Shown here: in pieces, positions 60,581 to 64,000 of the stretch | Layout of the letters: each line of letters starts with the position of its first letter | Position numbering within the stretch: the first letter of the stretch is position 1 | Source of the DNA: Thermoplasmatales archaeon | GTDB taxonomy: Archaea; Thermoplasmatota; E2; DHVEG-1 | Reading direction: 5' to 3' | DNA length: 64,000 nt | Assembly (NCBI GenBank): GCA_020350825.1 | Contig: CP070724.1 | Coordinates: forward strand, 89,860-153,859 | The notes under the pieces: generated by a model | The model's database searches: none | Told to the model about the DNA's origin: nothing | What the model saw: only the letters and a program-made list of their open reading frames with translations | Made by a program: the position numbers and the translations under genes

Positions 60581-62533
60581 ATGCCTACTATACTCAAAAA
60601 CAAACTCACAAAAACACTATTTATCTCACTATTTATCTCAGCCATAGTGACAATGCTTATGACTGCAGGTTTCTTAGATACATGGGAATCCAAGATCTCG
60701 GATGCTTTTTATGCTCCGGGTAATACACTTGATGAGATCATAATAGTAGCAATAGATGACGAGAGCCTCCAGGAACTTGGTAGGTGGCCCTGGCCTAGGG
60801 ACCACTTTGCTAGGGCTATAAATTATCTAAACCAGAGCTCAGTAATTGGAATAGATATCTCTTTTTTTGAGCCCGCAGAAGGAGATTCTGAATTAGCCGA
60901 TTCTTTCAAGGCAGTTAATGTCGTCTTGGCCATGGAATATACATCCTTCTCCTATAAAAATGGGGAGCTGTATGGGGAGAGCTTGCTTAAACCAACCACA
61001 ACTCTGGGCACCTTAGGTGTGGATTTTGAGACAGGCTTTGTTAACCTTTACACAGACTCAGATGGTGTGACGAGATCTTTTAATCCTCATATATCCGGTA
61101 TCGAAGACTACGACCACATCTCTATGGTTGTTGTTGGTGAATACCTTGGAATCACTCCCGACCTTGGAAGCTCCAGAATGCTGATAAACTTCTTTGCTCC
61201 CCCAGGAGAATATGAGTACATATCATTTTCTGACGTCTACAACAATATTATAGACCCTTCATACTTCAAGGGCAAAATTGTTCTTATTGGTGCCACTGCT
61301 GCAGATCTCCATGACGATGTTATAACTCCTATATCCAACCAAGCTATGCCTGGTGTTGAGGTAAATGCCAATCTTGTACAGTCTATACTCACGAGGGACT
61401 TCCTATATTATCAGGACGATTTTTCTGCTATAGGAGTTATATTCCTTTTTGCCCTGCTCGCAGGCTTTTTACTATTCAGATTTAGGATACATATAGCTAC
61501 TGTCCTTTTGGCAGTGCTTGCTATAGCCTACATCTTCTTTTCCATCTATACTTTTGATTCAGGAATCATCATGAATATACTCTACCCGCTACTTTCCCTA
61601 ACGTTGGTCTACATCACTCTTGTTGTGATATACTATCTGACAGAGGAAAGGAGTAGGAAGTGGATAACTTCGATCTTTGGAAAGTATGTTTCACCTGTGG
61701 TAATAGACAACCTTATAAAAAATCCTGATTGGATAAAACTGGGAGGGGAGAAGAGGACTATAACCGTTTTCTTCTCTGACATAAGAGGATTTACCTCTAT
61801 ATCAGAGAGACTTGATCCTGAGGAGCTAGTCCATCTCCTAAACGAGTACTTAACCGAGATGACCTCGATAATAATAAAGGATCAGGGGCTTGTTGACAAG
61901 TATATGGGTGACGCTATCATGGCCTTTTGGGGAGCACCTCTAGAGCAGCCCAATCACACAGAGTTAGCATGCTCAAGTAGTCTGGAGATGATAGATAAGC
62001 TCGAAGAGCTCAAGAAGAAATGGAAAAAAGAGGGAATACCATCTTTTGATATTGGAATAGGTCTAAACAGTGGTGATGCTATTGTGGGCAACATGGGCTC
62101 CTTAAAAAGGTTTGACTACACTGCAATTGGTGACAATGTCAACCTTGCCTCCCGGATGGAAGGCCTTAATAAGATCTATGGTACTAATATAATAATAACC
62201 GAAAATACCCACAAGGTTGTCAAAGATAAATTCGAGACTAGAAAGCTTGATGCTGTTAAAGTATTGGGGAAGAAGAAACCAATCCTAATCTATGAACTCC
62301 TCTCACAAAAGGACAGATTCAGCAAAAAGCAGGGAGATTTTGTCAGGCTCTATGAGGCTGGCCTTGAACTTTATTTTAAGAAGAATTGGAAGCCAGCTAT
62401 CAAATCCTTCCAGGATGCTGTTAAGCTCATGGAGGATAATGCCTCCCATATATTTATAGCACGCTGTCAGGAATTCTTAAAGAATCCGCCCTCTAGAGAT
62501 TGGGATGGCGTATGGGAGATGGAAACCAAATAA
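60581..62533 (+). CDS. CHASE2 sensor domain-containing class III adenylate cyclase
   Basis: CHASE2 signature IIIVAIDDESLQELGRWPWPRDHFARAINYL, three TM helices, then cyclase core ITVFFSDIRGFTSISE, VDKYMGDAIMAFWGAP and DYTAIGDNVNLASRMEG. The track start (TTG at 60563) overlaps the FecR stop by 4 nt; the ATG at 60581 is the alternative. Confidence 0.9.
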   Translation: MPTILKNKLTKTLFISLFISAIVTMLMTAGFLDTWESKISDAFYAPGNTLDEIIIVAIDDESLQELGRWPWPRDHFARAINYLNQSSVIGIDISFFEPAEGDSELADSFKAVNVVLAMEYTSFSYKNGELYGESLLKPTTTLGTLGVDFETGFVNLYTDSDGVTRSFNPHISGIEDYDHISMVVVGEYLGITPDLGSSRMLINFFAPPGEYEYISFSDVYNNIIDPSYFKGKIVLIGATAADLHDDVITPISNQAMPGVEVNANLVQSILTRDFLYYQDDFSAIGVIFLFALLAGFLLFRFRIHIATVLLAVLAIAYIFFSIYTFDSGIIMNILYPLLSLTLVYITLVVIYYLTEERSRKWITSIFGKYVSPVVIDNLIKNPDWIKLGGEKRTITVFFSDIRGFTSISERLDPEELVHLLNEYLTEMTSIIIKDQGLVDKYMGDAIMAFWGAPLEQPNHTELACSSSLEMIDKLEELKKKWKKEGIPSFDIGIGLNSGDAIVGNMGSLKRFDYTAIGDNVNLASRMEGLNKIYGTNIIITENTHKVVKDKFETRKLDAVKVLGKKKPILIYELLSQKDRFSKKQGDFVRLYEAGLELYFKKNWKPAIKSFQDAVKLMEDNASHIFIARCQEFLKNPPSRDWDGVWEMETK

Positions 62534-62555
62534 TACTGCAATCATCAAAGGATAT

Positions 62556-64000
62556 TTATCTTCTCTTTTTTCTAAGGATGACCAATATTAGTACTATCAT
62601 TGCTAATAAAGATATAGCCTCAAATCCAGGTGTCTTCTCCTCCTCATATATCTTCAGCCATTTCTGGATAACAAAATCAACATAAGGTGATAACTCTGTT
62701 ATTAGATTATATGCATAATCCCACTTGCCATCTCCATCACTATCTATAAGATAAGTATTGTTTTCCCTTCCAACGATTGTCTGATTCCCTGTTGCATCAT
62801 TATAAAATACATCCCAAGTATTGTTACTGTTAAGATCAATTAGTTCTCCTATGATTATATCATCGATTGGATGTACATCTATTAAAACTGTATAAGTTGT
62901 TATCCCCGAAATAGCATTGTTTATATCCTCTGCATATACAGTTATAAGGTATTCATTATAGGTTGACCAACTATGGTTTTGAGTAGTTGTAGTACCATTT
63001 GTTAAGTATTCTGTGGTTGTATTGGTGTCGTCACCCCAGTCAAAAACGTACCTAATAGTATCGTTATCTAAATCTGTTGAAACTACATCATAATCAAGTG
63101 ATGTTTGTTTATGTCCAAATGTTGGACCATCCAATGTTGGTTGTGTAGGCGGATTGTTTGGTATGGTAATATATACTGTGGCTGTATCAGTATGTGTACT
63201 TCCTTCGTTATCATATACCCTTAGCGTAACTGTATATTCCCCTATTGCTTCATAGGTATGGTTTGGATTTACCCCCAAATCTTCATGCCATGTATCTTCA
63301 TTGAAAAACTTCCAATCATACCGGACAATAGACTCACCATTTTCATCGTTATCTGTACTATTTGTTCCATCGAACTCGATTTCTTCATCTACAAATCCAT
63401 AGTATGGTCCACCAGCATCAGCAGTTGGATCATTTTGTGATGACGACGGGGGTGGTAGACTTTTAGATGAAAAACTCCATACAGGACTTTCATTAGATGC
63501 ACTATGATTATCCCATGCTATAATCTTCCAGTAATAGATTCTTCCGAGATCTAATGTTCCAGGATCATAAGTGTTATTTGATTGATTACTGGAGACTTTT
63601 GGTGGAGATGAATCAGTTCCAAAGTAAACATCGTAGGTGAGAGTGTCACCTGGATCCAGATCGCTGCAATTCCAACTAAGGTCAGTATTGACCGCTATTT
63701 CTGAGGCGCCATTATCTGGTACAGGATTACTAGGGGAATTTGGAGGATCATTCACATCACCCACCGTTATACTAACCGTAGCAACATTAGACGTAGCACC
63801 ATCATCATCATCCACCTCATAAGTAAAACTATCAGAGCCAAAATAATTCAAATCAGGCGTATAAGTAACCACACCAGTTGTCGCATTCACACTCGTAACA
63901 CCATCAGACACACCACTAACAATAACAACAGACGTAGGATCAACCGAACCATCAACATCATAATCATTCGCCGTGACATCGATATCAACCGCTGTATCCT
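62556..64000 (-). CDS. PGF-CTERM-anchored surface protein with cadherin/VCBS-like, Fn3-like and PKD domains (5-prime end outside the window)
   Basis: C-terminus TPGFEAISLLAMIVLILVILRKKRR is a PGF-CTERM-type sorting signal. The frame stays open from 63911 to the window edge (..DIDVTANDYDVDGSVDPTSVVIVSGVSDGV..). PKD-like YDWKFFNEDTWH..YTVTLRVYDNEG. Confidence 0.8.
   Translation of the reverse strand, partial: DTAVDIDVTANDYDVDGSVDPTSVVIVSGVSDGVTSVNATTGVVTYTPDLNYFGSDSFTYEVDDDDGATSNVATVSITVGDVNDPPNSPSNPVPDNGASEIAVNTDLSWNCSDLDPGDTLTYDVYFGTDSSPPKVSSNQSNNTYDPGTLDLGRIYYWKIIAWDNHSASNESPVWSFSSKSLPPPSSSQNDPTADAGGPYYGFVDEEIEFDGTNSTDNDENGESIVRYDWKFFNEDTWHEDLGVNPNHTYEAIGEYTVTLRVYDNEGSTHTDTATVYITIPNNPPTQPTLDGPTFGHKQTSLDYDVVSTDLDNDTIRYVFDWGDDTNTTTEYLTNGTTTTQNHSWSTYNEYLITVYAEDINNAISGITTYTVLIDVHPIDDIIIGELIDLNSNNTWDVFYNDATGNQTIVGRENNTYLIDSDGDGKWDYAYNLITELSPYVDFVIQKWLKIYEEEKTPGFEAISLLAMIVLILVILRKKRR

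Noticed and set aside
54960-62540. The G+C-richer cAMP block as an assembly chimera from a bacterial contaminant
   Set aside because: This is not excluded but judged less likely. The block contains typical AT-rich spacers (58906-59684) and strong GGAGG-type SDs like the backbone. It is also flanked on both sides by genes sharing a paralogous surface-protein module. Read mapping is still needed.

Overview
Low-GC (about one-third G+C by eye) archaeal chromosomal segment. All calls come from reading motifs in the supplied translations and the DNA; no searches or computations were run. Region 0-36 kb is a dense, mostly housekeeping backbone: TFS, NUDIX, MobB, a tight 4-gene aldehyde:ferredoxin oxidoreductase cluster, an HPS-RraA fusion, ValRS, topoisomerase VI B/A, Kae1-Bud32-ITPase, IleRS, Csl4-RpoL-TruD, L10e, site-2 protease, PheRS beta and a PP-loop thiolase, interspersed with secreted peptidases. 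Region 36-54.6 kb looks accessory. It has ORF-poor AT-rich spacers, many small ORFs and a type A RNase P RNA gene (45940-46311) followed 81 nt downstream by a tyrosine-recombinase gene that has lost its 5-prime part. It also has four copies of a perfectly conserved 20-nt core (two in each orientation) with partly conserved arms, and large secreted proteins (C25 gingipain-like, beta-helix/PKD, FG-GAP). Region 54.98-62.5 kb is the most unusual part. It is a visibly more G+C-rich block that appears to encode a complete cAMP signalling set: a FecR-like protein, a CHASE2 class III adenylate cyclase, an MBL-fold class II phosphodiesterase-like protein, and a tandem-GNAT acetyltransferase with a C-terminal cNMP-binding domain. 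These sit in an apparent operon with an SthA-like flavoprotein. The window ends inside a PGF-CTERM-anchored surface protein. No rRNA, tRNA or CRISPR array was recognised. The peptidase, aminotransferase and AOR content fits a peptide-fermenting uncultured archaeon (perhaps Thermoplasmatota-like), but the lineage cannot be resolved from this window.
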